The notes beneath the pieces were generated by a model. That model had not been told where the DNA came from. It saw nothing but the letters and a program-made list of their open reading frames with translations, and ran no database searches. A stretch of 42,933 nt of DNA from Atractiella rhizophila. Its lineage: Eukaryota. This document shows positions 1 to 13,184 of this stretch, piece by piece (the first letter of the stretch is position 1; every line of letters begins with the position of its first letter). A program made the position numbers and the translations under genes. The stretch lies in NCBI GenBank assembly GCA_021432655.1, contig MU271573.1, positions 1-42,933 of the forward strand, read 5' to 3'.

Positions 1-1224
1 ATCGAAGTATGTGGAACAATCACTCATTCTGGCTGTTCCTCATTTGACTTCAGATACTGCTGTGTGCAAAAATTGTGCACCAAGAACCGCTGAGCTCTAC
101 AGCAAACACGTGTGTTTACTTTCCGTCCTTACCACACTTAAATTAACCACATCAATCAGCTCCAAGTATGTGGACAACATCAGATGACTTTCAGTCGTCT
201 CTGGACACAGTGTCAACGATGCCAAGGCAGTTTGGTACGGTTGGTTCGCTTGAAAGATACGTACTGACTTTGCGTAGCACCAAGACGTGATATGCTCAAG
301 CAAAGACTGCCCCATCTTCTACATGAGAAAGAAGGCTCAGAAGGATGTGATTGACGCGAGCACGACACTGGACCGATTTGACGGAACGTGGTGAGATGGT
401 GCGCAAGCCGTTCTGCCATTTCGTACTTTCCATGTAAAAACTTCATCCTTGGTTGTTACCTACGGTACCGTACATCTGCCGTCTGCAAGGCAACAGTATA
501 CACGCTAACTGAGTGAGATCCTGAGAAGGTACCAAACTCGTCCGTATGTTTGGAACCGTACCCGCTGAGCCGCAACGGAAACAGAAAGTCCGAAGCATGG
601 CCCGAAGTTAGCTCTGGATTGAATAGGGGTTGAACTGCGTTTTCGCTCCAAACAAAGCAATCTTTGGAAGGCTTTCAGGAGATCTCCAACGAGCTGAGTT
701 GAAAAACTCGTAGGTAGCAATTTCTTCGTTTTACCTTGAATGCTCAGGAAAGGATGGTGTTGATTTGTTTCGGACGAAGATGCGTGGAATCGCTTGTCCA
801 GATCTCGTCCCGTTTCCGGTAACTTTCGGATCCCTGCAACCCGCCACTGGAATCAAAATTCTCAGCTCGCCCCTATAATCGACCATCTCCTCAGCTCCAT
901 TCCCACATTTTTACGCTCAAATCCAGAGAAGAGAGCAGTTCTTTCGTGCCTGGACGTTGAATAATTTCTGTCTTTGGAGTTCGCAAATCCAGTTTTAGGT
1001 CAAATCGACTCTATCAAGTTTTGCATCATCTCGGACGAGGATCTCTAAAACTCCTAGACTACCTTCGCATCGTCGAATTTCGTCTATCAGTCCTGTTGTA
1101 GGCCTTTTCTTTTCTAATCCGCCACAATCATGCTGATTGTGTCGTCGGAAAGACGCCACTTTAGTCCTTCCGCGGTCGACCAGCCACATCAGTCTTGATC
1201 AGTAAATTCGAAGTCATACTCCCT

Positions 1225-2615
1225 ATGAATCAGTATCCTAATCCCACGATGGCCATGAATTCCCTCATGCCAAACTTCTCCCCGAATCCCAATCCTCAAC
1301 GGAGGAGGGGCAACTGTAAGTTTTTCAACAGTCAAAAGGTGAGTGACCGCTTCCGTTCCCCTCATTCTCGATAGCAATGATACGTGGTGGCATCTCATGC
1401 TTTGACTCCTTTCCTAGGGATTCGGCTTCGTGATTGATGGTAAACCAGAGGAGTTGGACAACCAAGAAGGTATACTTTCCATACTCTTCTTCATTACAGC
1501 TGACATTTTGACGTTTGTCTCCTAAGTCTTCGTCCACTGGACGGCAATTCAGGGAAGGCAAGGATTCAAGTCTCTGGCAGAAGTGAGTCCCCCCTTGCGT
1601 TACTTTCACATCACACTCCTTCCATGGAGCAACATTGACCAAATGATCCAGGGAGAAGAAGTAGAATACGATCTCCAACAGGGTCCAAAAGGTTTTTCTG
1701 CCACCAACTTGAGTGGACCGAATGGTCCGTTCCTTGTCTTTCCTGACAATTCTCCGAATGACCCCATGATCGATGCAGGGCGGCCCGTCATCGGAGATCC
1801 TCGAGCTAGATCGAAGTACTCATGCTGGTTATTTCCCAACTTCTTGCTAACATGTGCGGTCTGTAGTGCTCCTGGTCCTAATAATGCGGCCGGCAACGTT
1901 TACGGTTTTAATGGCCTGAACGACTTGGCAGGTGAGAACGCTCGATTAGCTCAATTTAGGTGATGCTGAAGTTTTTCGTATAGGTCAACAGCTTGCTTTG
2001 GACGCTTATGGTGGAGGCTATACTCCATATATGCAACACCAGTTCCTTGTCAACGGTGGACTCACCCCTGCGCTAGCTTCCCACGGTCAAATGTCTCCTG
2101 CCCTCGGAGGAATGAGCTCTCCGAACCCTCTCAACCGCCTCCCAGCGTCCCTCGCCCAATCCGGATCGTCTCTCCCTCTCGTCTCTCCTCTTCTTCAGCA
2201 ACAGCAACAAATGGGAATGAGCCCCATGATGAACAACTATTCCCCCAACCCTCTTGGGTACTCATCCCCCAACATTGGTGGCCTCAGTGGAAGAGGATCT
2301 CTGAGGAACTCCCCAAGTATCGGAGGGAGTGGATTTAATGGAATGGGGATGGCAATGAATGGAGGATTGGGTATCCAAGATATGGACAGATTTGGAGGTG
2401 CTGGGGCAAGCGGTTTGGGCAAGATGACGAATGGAACCAGTGGTTCCTTTGGAGGATACGGGGGAATGGGTAGCCTGAACCTGGATAACCCTTCCGGCGC
2501 AAGTATTGGCTCTCCTGTCCCCGGTAGTGGAAGTAGGAGCGCGAACGGGGACGAGCAGCAGAGTGGAACGGGGTCAAGAGATCTGCTTTACTCTAGTGGC
2601 GGCTTCAGGGAGTGA
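1225..2615 (+). CDS. Cold-shock domain (CSD) nucleic-acid-binding protein with a G/M/S/N/Q-rich low-complexity C-terminus (spliced)
   Basis: Manual splicing gives MNQYPNPTMAMNSLMPNFSPNPNPQRRRGNCKFFNSQK|GFGFVIDGKPEELDNQE|VFVHWTAIQGRQGFKSLAE|GEEVEYDLQQGPKGFSATNLSGPNG. This contains the RNP1 (KGFGFV) and RNP2 (VFVHW) motifs of the CSD. Introns are GT-AG (e.g. 1339-1417). The last exon matches ORF 1998..2615. Confidence 0.9.
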
Positions 2616-3818
2616 TTCAAACGCTCGACCTGTTCAGCTATTCGATGGATATGTCGTACTTCAGTCATATGAAAGGTGTTTCTCTACGGTTCGACGGTTG
2701 ATGAGTTCTCGCAACTCGAACGATTTCTCGGATCTTTCTGGATTATTTTTCTCGGCTTTCTTTCTCCCCAAAACCAAATTCAACATCGAATAATTATTTC
2801 GTCGCCCTCTCTCCTCATAAAGTTGTGATCGGTACCCCATTCTCACCACGCCCAGGCGATCCATCTCAATTCTCAAATCCAATCCCGTCTATACGTCCAC
2901 GTCGGTGCCAGAAAAGCGAGGTTTCTCGGTTCATCCCCTTTTATTTCCTTTTTATAGCTTGCCTTTAGCACGACCTTTGCTCCCTAAAGAGAAAATGACT
3001 TTGTTGTAATCCCATTCCGAATCAGACAACTCGACCGTTGTGTTCAAGCTCATTTCTTCTGTTTAAAAGCTCTCAATTTCGAGTTGTCTAGTGGAGCAAT
3101 TGGTCTCAGTACTCGCAAAAAAAGAATCTTCTTATTTTTCTCTTCCTTTCTTCTCTTCCATCTTCCTAGAATCCCGAATTATATAAGTAGTGTACTCTTT
3201 CCAGGTCGCTTCTTTCTTCATTCTCCCCAGTCATACGTACACGACCATTCTTCCGTTGCAATCTTCACTTCGTCTCGAAGTTATTCTCTGCCCATTCTGC
3301 CCCTACCCACAACTTCCTTAATACCTTCTACTTTCTCTCGACAGTTCCTCATTTCGGACAACATTGTGGAACTCTGATTTCTTATATGACCTTGATGGAC
3401 ACAAACTAGTCGTTGGATCGGGTGGTGTCAGTGATCTTGATAAGTTCCGGTTGTTACCTTAGACCTGCTTATTATTTCATTCGCGATCCGTAGTTCTTGT
3501 TAAATCCCAAGGTGTGAATGTCCGTTCTCTCCACCTATTGTTCCTTTCCCTCTCTCTTGAATTGTTCGTCGTGAACATGTCCCCTGTTCTTTCCCCTCTC
3601 ATATGAAGTGAAATATATATAAACGAATCATCCTTCTCCGATCTCGTGAAATCATGAAGAAACAACCAAGAAATTGTAACGAAGTGAAGCAATTCAAGTA
3701 CGCAGCGCAAAGGGGAATTGTTTGCGATTCCGAACAAATATTGGCAATCGGCTTAACCTCCCACACACTCGACTCAACTCAACGAAGCCTTCACAGACGA
3801 AAGGAAGCATCAAAAGCC

Positions 3819-5756
3819 ATGGAAGACGATACATTTGCTTCGGTGGCGTGGGACACACGAGCTAGTGATCCCTCGGACGAACCATTCTCTGCCAACCCGA
3901 TAGAGGAGCCGCTTGCGCCGTCTAGTCATGAAGAGCAGACATCATTGGCAAATGGCAACAGTAATGCAGGACCCTCGCAGCATTATGAAAGTCAACCCCA
4001 GAAAGCGGATGAGTTGGTCACCAAGTTGAAGAGAGAAGGAAGCCTGATAGTCGAAGTTAAGGATCCCGTGAAGGAGTTGGAGGGGACGAAGGAGATGTTT
4101 GTATCTTATTTGGTCTCTTCCCAGGTGAGAATTATCCGTTCGTCGTGCCTTTAGAGATGTATTGGTATTTGTGGTTCGCAGACCAGCCTGCCACACTTCT
4201 CCTCCACGAGCTCTTCCATACGACGTCGATTCCAAGACTTTGTCTTCCTCCGGGAGCACCTCTCGCGGGATTTTCCCGCTGCAGTTGTTCCACCACTCCC
4301 AGACAAGCATAGGCTAGGTGCATACATCCCTTCCGAATCGAGAAATCGCGCTGACCGGTTGCACTCAGAATACATAACTGGCGACCGCTTTAGCCCTGAA
4401 TTTATCGAGCGCAGGAGGATTGAGTACAGTTTCCAGTTGCATCGACGACGGGGAATTGATATGGTGTCCGCAGTCTCGAACTCTTCCTCATTCGCTTGTC
4501 TCGACATCCAGAGCTTTCACGAGCTAAGTTACTCCAAAGCTTTCTGGAAAGCACAGAATGGGTTTGCCTGTCTCCTCTATTATGTTGTACCTGACTCTGT
4601 GGTTAGAATGTCGTAATGCACCAACACCTGGCACATCCACCAAACAACGAATCTCCCGAACGTTCTACCATCCTCGACAACCTCTCCGACACTCTCCTTA
4701 ACGCCTTTACCAAGGTGAATATTTGCCTATAGTCCAATCTGGTTCCCCCTTCTATTTGCATTTTGCAATTACTGCGCCTTTTTCTGTCGAACGACAGCTC
4801 ACTGACTATAAGGGACGTCGCCGTCTTTCTTTTTCCGGCTATTTTGGTTCACAGGTTCGAAAGCCAGACGAGCGATTCGTTGAAATGAAGGATGGACTAG
4901 ACAAGTTCCAGGAGTGCTTGACAGGAGTGGAGAGGTACTCAAACAGAGGGAAAAACCGGGCTGTTGGTATGTGCCTCTTGGCTTTGAAGTGATGCAAGCT
5001 TATGATTGGTTTGGCAACAGATCTCTCATCCGATTATGAGGATTTTGCTCAAGGAATTCAAGGCTTGGGATATCTTGAGTCCGGAATCACGGAACCCCTA
5101 ACGAAATTTGAGAATGGCTTGTTGGATTTCTCGACTCATCTGCGAGAAACCGCATCTTCCTCCCAGGAACCATTCAACCATTCGTTATCCTCTCTCCTCG
5201 CGTATGCGACAGCGTTCTCGTCTGTTCTCAAACTGAGAGATCAGAAGCAACTGGATTTTGAAGAGCTTTCAGCGTACCTTAGCTCGCTCGCCTCAGAAAG
5301 GGATAGACTTGCAGGAGGCCATTCAGCTGGACTCGGTATCACAGGCTACTTTAAGGAGAAGATCGAAACACTGAGAAATGGAGAGACGGAGCTATCGAGA
5401 CAGATGAGGATCCGTAAGCTGGATGGGAAAATGAAAGAGGTTCGGCGCTCTCACTCTCACTCAATTTGCTGAGTGATATTCATCTCTGCTTACAGCTCGA
5501 AGATGCTGTAACCTCAGCAGCCGAAACACTCGAAGCGTTTAACACGGAGGTGGAGAAAGAGCACGACGTGTTCCAGTTGGCAAAGAGGCACGAAATGAAG
5601 GATCTTCTGGGCAAGTATGCTGAAGGTCAGATCGAAATGTATCGGAAAAGTATCGACGATTGGGACAAGTAAGCCTCGCTCTCCCTTTTCTTTGCGGCCT
5701 CGGTTCACAGTGACTGCAGGATCATACCTTATATTTCGAGAATCCAAGTGGATTGA
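3819..5756 (+). CDS. SNX4: Sorting nexin-4 / Atg24 (PX-BAR protein), spliced
   Basis: Starts MEDDTFASVAWD. PX motifs: VKDPVKELEGTKEMFVSYLV, RRRFQDFVFLREHL, VVPPLPDKHR, YITGDRFSPEFIERRR. BAR region: RKPDERFVEMK, LKLRDQKQLDFEELSAYL. Ends WDKIIPYISRIQVD* (TGA 5754-5756). Confidence 0.92.
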
Positions 5757-5947
5757 ATGGACAATACGCGACTTAATTGGCAACCAGGTGTTACGATAAT
5801 GCATGACTTGTTTCTTCAGTTCACGAGTCATCGGTTCTGTGCTCTGTATTAAAGGAGTAGGGCTTAAATTAATCGTACATTATCCAAGAACGGTGTTCTC
5901 TAATACAGTGAATCTGAAATTCGACAATGCACTCAGCAGCGCACATC

Positions 5948-8375
5948 CTAGAAGACAGAGGGGAAAGCACTGAAAATATCAGGATCCGGAGAGAATATGT
6001 TTCCTTCCGGAATAGCTGAGACAGTTGCCACAGGTACGACACATGCCACTGTCTGCAAGTTTTGCAAGTTCTGGAGATTTTGCTGAAGGAGCAGATTCTT
6101 GAGCATCACAAAGCGGTCGCGCTTCTCCTCAATTCCTTCCAGACATCGCTCGAATGCCACGAGACGATCAATGTTCGCACCACCTGCAATTGATGAGCCT
6201 TAAATTGAATTCAGTAAAGAGGACTGCAAGTGTACCTTCGAAAGACATTCGACGAGCGATGGCCAAACCACCCTCCATTTGTCCCATCCGTCTTCGGAAT
6301 GAAGTGTCATCGGACTCGATTAGCCAATCTGTGAGATACGAGAAACCGCTAGAACTTATATGAGCATGGGAACACCCGGAAGAGAAAAACAAAGGCACCC
6401 AGGGAGATAGTCATACGATCGGAACCATATTTGACCGATATGGGACATTGGAACCTGCTTTCGATTTTTGATAGCCCACAAGAAGTGCGCTCCGATCTTG
6501 TCAATCTGCTGCTCCACTTCTACCTTGGTCTTTCTGTAGAGATCCTCAAATACACTTGCTTCTCCTTTTCCATCGCCATAAAGGTCCGTGATCCTTCGGA
6601 AGAGGTGGAACAGACTGCCGCTGCTTCTAACCATGTCGTCAATCGAAAACTCGAAGCATTCGCTTCCGTAAGGAGTGATGATCATGTCAACCTCAATTGG
6701 CTCATGGTCCATTTCTTTGTTGTCTTGGAAGGGGACAGCTCGATATGGAGCAACGTTAGAGAATGAGACCAAAGAGCGATATTTTTGGCGGAGTTGCCAG
6801 CGCTCGAACATTATGTTCAGGAGGGTGTTGCTGAGATTGAGCGGAAGGGCTTGAGCGGTGAAAACTACTGGACACATCAATATGACCTGTCGGGGGTTGG
6901 TTTCTCACTTACTGGCAACGCAAGTCATTCGCTCGATAGCGATGCAAGACGCCCACATCATCTCGCAATGCTCTTTCAGACTCTGAGGAATGATCTGAGC
7001 CATCTCTTCTTTGAAAGTAGTATAGGCCTCGACAGGAATGATCGGGTTCGCGCTTTCCATGAATTGAGAGATGCGATCATCCGAGAGCATGGGAAGTCGA
7101 TTCGCAGCAATGCTGAGCTCAGCGTCCCTTCCCTGTACAGGACATCAGGAGGACGAAAAAGGTGGACCAAGGTATGTACCAGCAGAAGATGGAAGTTCGA
7201 GATGCGCTCTTGATCTGTCAACCAAACCTTCTCCTTCCCGTGTTCCTCGTCAAGCTTGAAAAAGTGTTCCACCGCCTTCTGACCGTATGTCCAACAAATC
7301 TGAGGCTCGTTGGAGCCTAACAGGTCTTCTTAATAAATCTTTTGCCTTGAAAAGAAAAAAGCGTACGCGTTGAGATGATCATGCTGAAGAGATATAACCC
7401 GCTCTTGGACGCCGCGTTGCTCTCACCCTCCACCTCTTCATTAGTTAGAAAGTCATCTAACGCTCCAGCAAGCATCTTCACACTGCCGAGTCTTGCATTA
7501 CCGAACTGCGAGAGGTCTCTCTTGCCCCAGAGATCCTTTGGCATGTCGCCGTATGAAGACCCAAGGATCACCTGTCACATTAACTGTCAGTATCCAGGAC
7601 TCAACGAGTCCAGGTAGCTCACAGAATGGCGAGAGCATTTGGAACCGCGAAAACAGTAAGTCAGAATCTTAGCCCTGTCAAGATTGCTGATTTGAGAGGA
7701 ATTTATGTCGCGACCGGCTAGCATCCATGTCTCGATAAGCTTCGGAAACTGAGAGATAAAGGAGGCGGTTCGTAGAGTAGAACCGTAAGAAATACAAAGC
7801 CCGTCTACAACAAGATTAGCTTTGAAAGCATTCGGATATTGGCGCGTGGACGAACCCATGAGAAGACTGGACAGAAGGGCAGAGTTCAGCTCCCAATTTC
7901 GCAGCTTGTTCTCATACGAGCTAGGGACAGTGTTTATTTCATCATTGAGTAATGAAAGTTTGATGATGATCTTGCTTCTTCGCTGGGTTTCTTCTGCCGA
8001 ACTTGGGACGACCTGCAAGTCCTCATCGCCGCCACCACCTTTGACTTTTGGACCTGGCTTCTTCCGAACGTAATTGAAAGTACATCTACATTCCGATCAG
8101 CATCTGTATGGAATGTCAAGATTAACGCACTCCAGCCCTCTATCTGCACACCATTTACACCTAAATTCTCCCTTCCTTCGCTCCCTCTTGTCTTTCGCCG
8201 TGACCGGCTCCTCAACACTCTCCGCCGGCTTACAGCCCCTCCTGCCTCTCCTACAAGCGTCGCAAGATTTATTCCATTGTTTCTGTTTCTTCTGGTTTGC
8301 GACAGTGGTCGGCGGCTCAACGCCCTGAACTGGGGAGGTCGGAGATTGGGATGAACTCGCGTTCGAGGACGACAT
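5948..8375 (-). CDS. Zn(II)2Cys6 fungal transcription factor (spliced)
   Basis: N-terminal KSCDACRRGRRGC-x24-CKWCADRGLEC six-cysteine cluster. Successive minus-strand exon ORFs (7587..8018, 7317..7571, 6976..7272, 6356..6880, 6168..6398, 5948..6160) follow. The introns I checked are short GT-AG. Confidence 0.8.
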
Positions 8376-9876
8376 GGGACGCGGTAAGATTGAATATTTT
8401 TTTCTGTCGGTGGATATTCCGGAAGGATTGTTGGGGAAACAGGAAGGATTTCTGGCTAGTGAAGAACCGCCCCTTCTTGACTTCCCCTCGCCGATTATAA
8501 ATCTTCCTGTAAATCGGAGTTCGGCGATAGCCTTACGTGGAGGACAATGCCGTTCTCACTTGAATTCCAACTTCGCGAGGCAAGTAGAGGCAACGGACAA
8601 AAGCCGCAGCCCTTTCGTGTACTCCCAGACGGACAGTGCTGGATTCTACAATTACAACATTGTTTCTCGATACTTATTAGCCTGAGTCTCTGCACAATTG
8701 CAGATTGTAGCTGCCACAGCTGAGGGGACAGCGATGGGAGGGAAAATCAGGACCATCCGAGGTGTTAAAACTTTATGAAGGCAATCAGATGCAAGTAACT
8801 GAGCCAGCATAGACCATCAACACTCTATTCGGAGTGCTGAGTTCTTGAGTTCTTGAGGAATCCCAAATCCCACGTCCAACAATCTGAAAGTCACACTTGT
8901 ATTTGTGTTGTTCCCTGGTCCCATTGCGGGCAAATTATTAGTAGTGAGAAAGTCAAGAGTGTAACGATAAAGTTGAATCGAACAAGATCTATTCCTGAAC
9001 AATAAGGCGTGGCAGCATCCACTTAAAGCAACAAGGCAGGCAATAAAGTCGGACACCTCGTGCGAAGTTCTCTCGCCACAGGCATCAGGCGCTGGCTGGT
9101 GACGAACAAGGTTCACAGATACTTGATCGCAATGCTAACATTTGTGAACAGGTTAAACCTGATTGGGAGAGGAGTTGACAGAACGAGGAAGTGAGCATGT
9201 GCGAGATGTTCATTTCTCGTCGCATCAAAGTAAACGACGTTGACGGCACAGGCACATGTCTATACTAAACATGTTAATCAAATAAGGAGTGCAGTCTGGG
9301 CGAGCAATTAGTTATAGAATGATTGTGGACGTTAATGATCCCTTTCTGATCCGCGTGAACTCATCCGGTAACTTGAAATCAGAATCATGATGCGGCTTTA
9401 GGAGCCAATGTAACTTGTTGAGGGCAATCGCTGCAACAATTTCAGAACAACCATTAGATGGACACTGAGACGGTATATTAGAATGAAGGGTCCACAGTCG
9501 CAAGCCCAGTAACAGCCAGGTTCACGCACACGCATGTTACAGGTTGGCATGATGGTTTAGCATCGTCATTGGGATCAGAGGCCGACCGGCCTTGCAATGT
9601 TGATTCTCACTCCTAAGATTTGCATAAAAATGAAGCTGAGGCGCTGATGCACACCCTCTCGACCCATGGAAGTATTGAAGACTGCTCACTGCTACTCAAG
9701 CTCGCTAATCTTTCGGCACAGTTGTAGCCGGCTACCGTGGCTCGGCTTATCAACTGAGGATTTAAATGCAAGTGGCCTGTCTCTGTTAGATTAAGGCTCT
9801 GCCTTTCTCTCGATTCAATTCTGCTTGAAGACTCTGCTCGACGCACGACTCAGTGACAGATTCAGTGGAGTACGAA

Positions 9877-11502
9877 ATGTCCCTCGACCTGAGTATCGGT
9901 AGTCTTTTTGATGTGAAGGGAAAGACAGCGCTTGTGACTGGAGGAGGTTCTGGGATTGGGTACAGTGAGTTGACCGAATGATTTCCCGCACCTCCATGAA
10001 GTGTAAAGCGAGTGTGAATTGAACTACAACGAAAGCGGATGCCCCAAATAAAAACGCCAGCGGTAGTCATTTTTAAACAAATGCCTTTGAACCCACGTTT
10101 GTGCGATGCGTTTGCTGACATGTTTATGCAGTGATTAGTGCCGCTTTGAGTAATGCTTTTGCTGGTTACACATCTTGCCTTCAACACTGAAGGAATCCAC
10201 TAGTCAACAATGGAGCAGATGTGATTATTGCTTCTCGAAAAGAAAAGGCATTACAAGAGGTTAGTTCGGGGACGTTAGCAGTTCCCCCTCTCTTACCAAG
10301 AGCGGATAGGCAGCAGAGACGCTCACGCGACAAGGTATGGAGCAAGTTGCAAGTTCAACTTCGAGCTTGAATGAAATCTAGGTCCTGGGAAGGCGTCTTA
10401 TATTGTCGCGGATATCAGCGTCAGTATCTACGTTGACCTTTTCCGCCGAGTCCGTCATTGATAAGTCATCAGTCCAAAGCTGGATGCGATGCGCTCGTTT
10501 CCGAGGTAAAAAACCGCGTTTCCAAACTTCACATCTTGGTGTGTCAGTCCATCCTGTCCCCAATTGAGTGCTGATTGTAGGGGCAGGTCAACAATTCTGG
10601 TGTAACATGGGTAGGCTGTGGAAGGTACTTGAAAGCATCAACACGTCTTAATTTGTGTGACAGGGCGCTCCTTTCAATGACTTCCCAGAGAAAGGGGGAT
10701 GGGATAGAGTGCTGGCTGCAAACGTCAAGGCACCTTTCTATGGTAAGTTCTATTCCACAAGATCTGTCATCACGTTCATCAGAGAACAGTCACGGCTGGG
10801 CTGGCGGACCTTCTGGCGAAGGACTCAAACAACACTGGTTTGTATCGTCCTTTTCTTGATCGTTTCAAGGTAATCGTTTGCGTTAGATCCTGGCCGAGTC
10901 ATTATCATCAGTAGTGTTGCGGGTATCAGTCCACGCGCTGAAGGTACAGCTGAGAAATCTGATATGGGCCTCACTGGTGCTGAACGTTCTCCTTAGGTGG
11001 CGGCCTTGCAGCAGAGGGGACTGGGACTTGGAGCTATGTGGCATCAAAGGCAGCAGCAAACCACCTCACTCAATCATTGTCAATCACTCTTGGTCCTCGA
11101 TATATCACGTCTGTCCTGCTTTCCTACTTTCGATTTTCGCGGTCTGATGTATTCCCGGACGAGACAGAGTGAACGCGATTTGCCCTGGTGTTTTCCCCTC
11201 TCGCATGACCACCTACGGCTTGAAGACCTCAGGTGAACAAATGGCTGCTTCCTATCCGATGAAAAGGTACGGTTCATCCCTTCTCACTTGAACAAAGCAA
11301 GCTGAATTACCATCAAGGTTCGGTAACACGCAGGATATGGCTGGCGTCGCCCTCTTCTTGTGCAGCAAAGCTTCCGCTCATGTCTCGGGTCTACTCCTAG
11401 CAGTGGATGGAGGCTCGACTATCGCTGGTCGGCAGGGTACGCTTGTCACCTTTTAAAGGATTCAAAAGGCTAATATGCATGATGCATGCAGCCAAACTGT
11501 AA
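9877..11502 (+). CDS. Classical short-chain dehydrogenase/reductase (RhlG/FabG-like), predicted peroxisomal (C-terminal AKL), many short exons
   Basis: Manual splicing gives MSLDLSIGSLFDVKGKTALVTGGGSGIGYMISAALINNGADVIIASRK...LVNNSGVTWGAPF...GRVIIISSVAG...WSYVASKAAANHL...VNAICPGVFPSRMT...LAVDGGSTIAGRQ|AKL*. The TGxxxGIG, NNSG and YxxSK motifs are present. The gene is almost invisible in the ORF track. Confidence 0.9.
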
Positions 11503-11683
11503 CAGGATTGCCCATGGCGTTTCCAAACTTGTCGCTTCAAAAGTGCAATGTGTGATGCATGTAATGCACGACCGTTTATAGCTTTGAATGGAACCTGCGT
11601 GCCCAGTTCTTGTCCTGTTATTGGATTAACTCGCCAAAAACTCGACACCGTTAGAATTCTAGATATGTTCCGCAGATGTAGGA

Positions 11684-13184
11684 TCAGTCATAACAGTACA
11701 GCGCTTCTAGCGACTTCTGAATATCCGTCTCTATCTCGTTTAAGCCCTTTCCAATGAAAACCAATTTTCCTCCTTCCCCTCCCACTTTCTCTGAGCTGTC
11801 CTCTTCGATCAGCTCTTTGACATCAAAAATCTCTCTAACACCCTGCATGATCCACCTCCGTTTCCTTCCATCCATATTCTTTGAAACTAGGTAGGCTTTC
11901 GATCGCAAAATTTCAATCTGACTCTCGTTGGATTTAGAAGAAGGAACTCTCCCTTCCCAGTGCAGAGAACCCATAAGCGCTTGCCATCCGCTATCAGAGT
12001 CATCTGGTTCTTGCGCCAGTGGTGCAGAAAGGTTTATGGATATCGAACTGATTCCTGGATGTCTCGGTAATGATCCACCGTGATCGTGGTCTTTGTTGCA
12101 TGATTCTGAGCACTCCTCATGCTTGTGGCCCTCATCGTGCAGGTGCGAGGGGGAAGCAAATGACGCATCTTGTAGTTTGAGTGAGGAGGATTCAGAGTAG
12201 AAGAGATTTTGTGAGAGGATGTTGGAGAGAGGGATGACAGAGTGGCGTGTTTCATGGATTGGGGAGGTAGGGTTGATGGATTCAATTATGGAACGAAGTG
12301 TAGGGATGCGATCGGAAGGCACGAGATCGAGTTTGTTGAGGAGAACGATGTCAGAACATGCAATTTGTCTATTGCCCCTCCGTCAGTGAACCTGGCTAGA
12401 TGTAGAGAGATAGGATCGACCGAATAGCCTCGTTGGGCTCTCCATCTCGCCGCTCCTCAGCTAACGACTGTCCTTTTGATAAGCCTCAGGGTATGAAGGG
12501 AATTAGTGGATTGCAGTACCTTTTCGATATTCACGGCGTCCACTAGCACGACTATAGAATCAAGATAGACATCGCTAAGCTGCCCTTCGTCCATCCAAAA
12601 GATCTTAGCCAATGCCGCTGTCCACAATTGAACAGCAACATGTATCAGCATCTCTCTTGCAATATGTAACAAGAAGAGAGACTAACCAGGATCTGCGAGT
12701 CCGGAAGTCTCGAGAAGAATGTAGTCGAACTTGCCCTTTTTCTCCATCAGGTTCTCGATCGCAGCGACACCATTGTCATAGACAGAACAGCAAAGGCAAC
12801 CGTTCTTTCTTCCCCACCATTATGAATCATCAGTTTTGCTGACACTACTCAGAGGAAAAGAAAATGTCGGCACCTGGAGTTCTAACCACTCTTCATATTG
12901 TGACCCGGAGGAAGCAACTGAGATGGATTTCGCTGTTCCTTCCTATGGATTAGTTTGCAATACTATGGATGGGGAAACGGCTCACATTCAATGTCGCCCG
13001 TGGATCCGAACTCATTCATGATCACTGCGATCTTAAGGTTGTGTTGCTCAGTCAATATATAACTGCATTCTCTGGCATTAGCTTGGTTGGATTGTGGACA
13101 AGATACTCGCTTTAGAAGGGTGGATTTCCCTGAGCCTAAATAACCGGTAAGAATGGTGATAGGCACTCGATCCTTTGTCTTCAT
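11684..13184 (-). CDS. ZNG1: COG0523/CobW-family G3E GTPase, zinc metallochaperone (ZNG1/CBWD-like)
   Basis: [18 protein letters not shown] (Walker A), [16 protein letters not shown] (CxCC), [14 protein letters not shown], a His-rich linker [22 protein letters not shown], and a CobW_C-like end (ILRSKA...QGVREIFD...KLVFIGKGL). Confidence 0.88.

Noticed and set aside
1..760. Minus-strand exon-like fragments ([33 protein letters not shown])
   Set aside because: I could not build a consistent spliced frame or recognise a family. It may be a partial or decayed gene at the window edge.
2616..3800. Short Phe/Ser/Leu-rich ORFs (e.g. 3084..3377)
   Set aside because: These are by-products of pyrimidine-rich UTR/intergenic sequence, with no motifs.
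8500..9870. ORFs 8817..9116 and 9312..9503, and a small inverted repeat at 9111-9149
   Set aside because: No homology cues. The 10-bp imperfect stem is within chance expectation.
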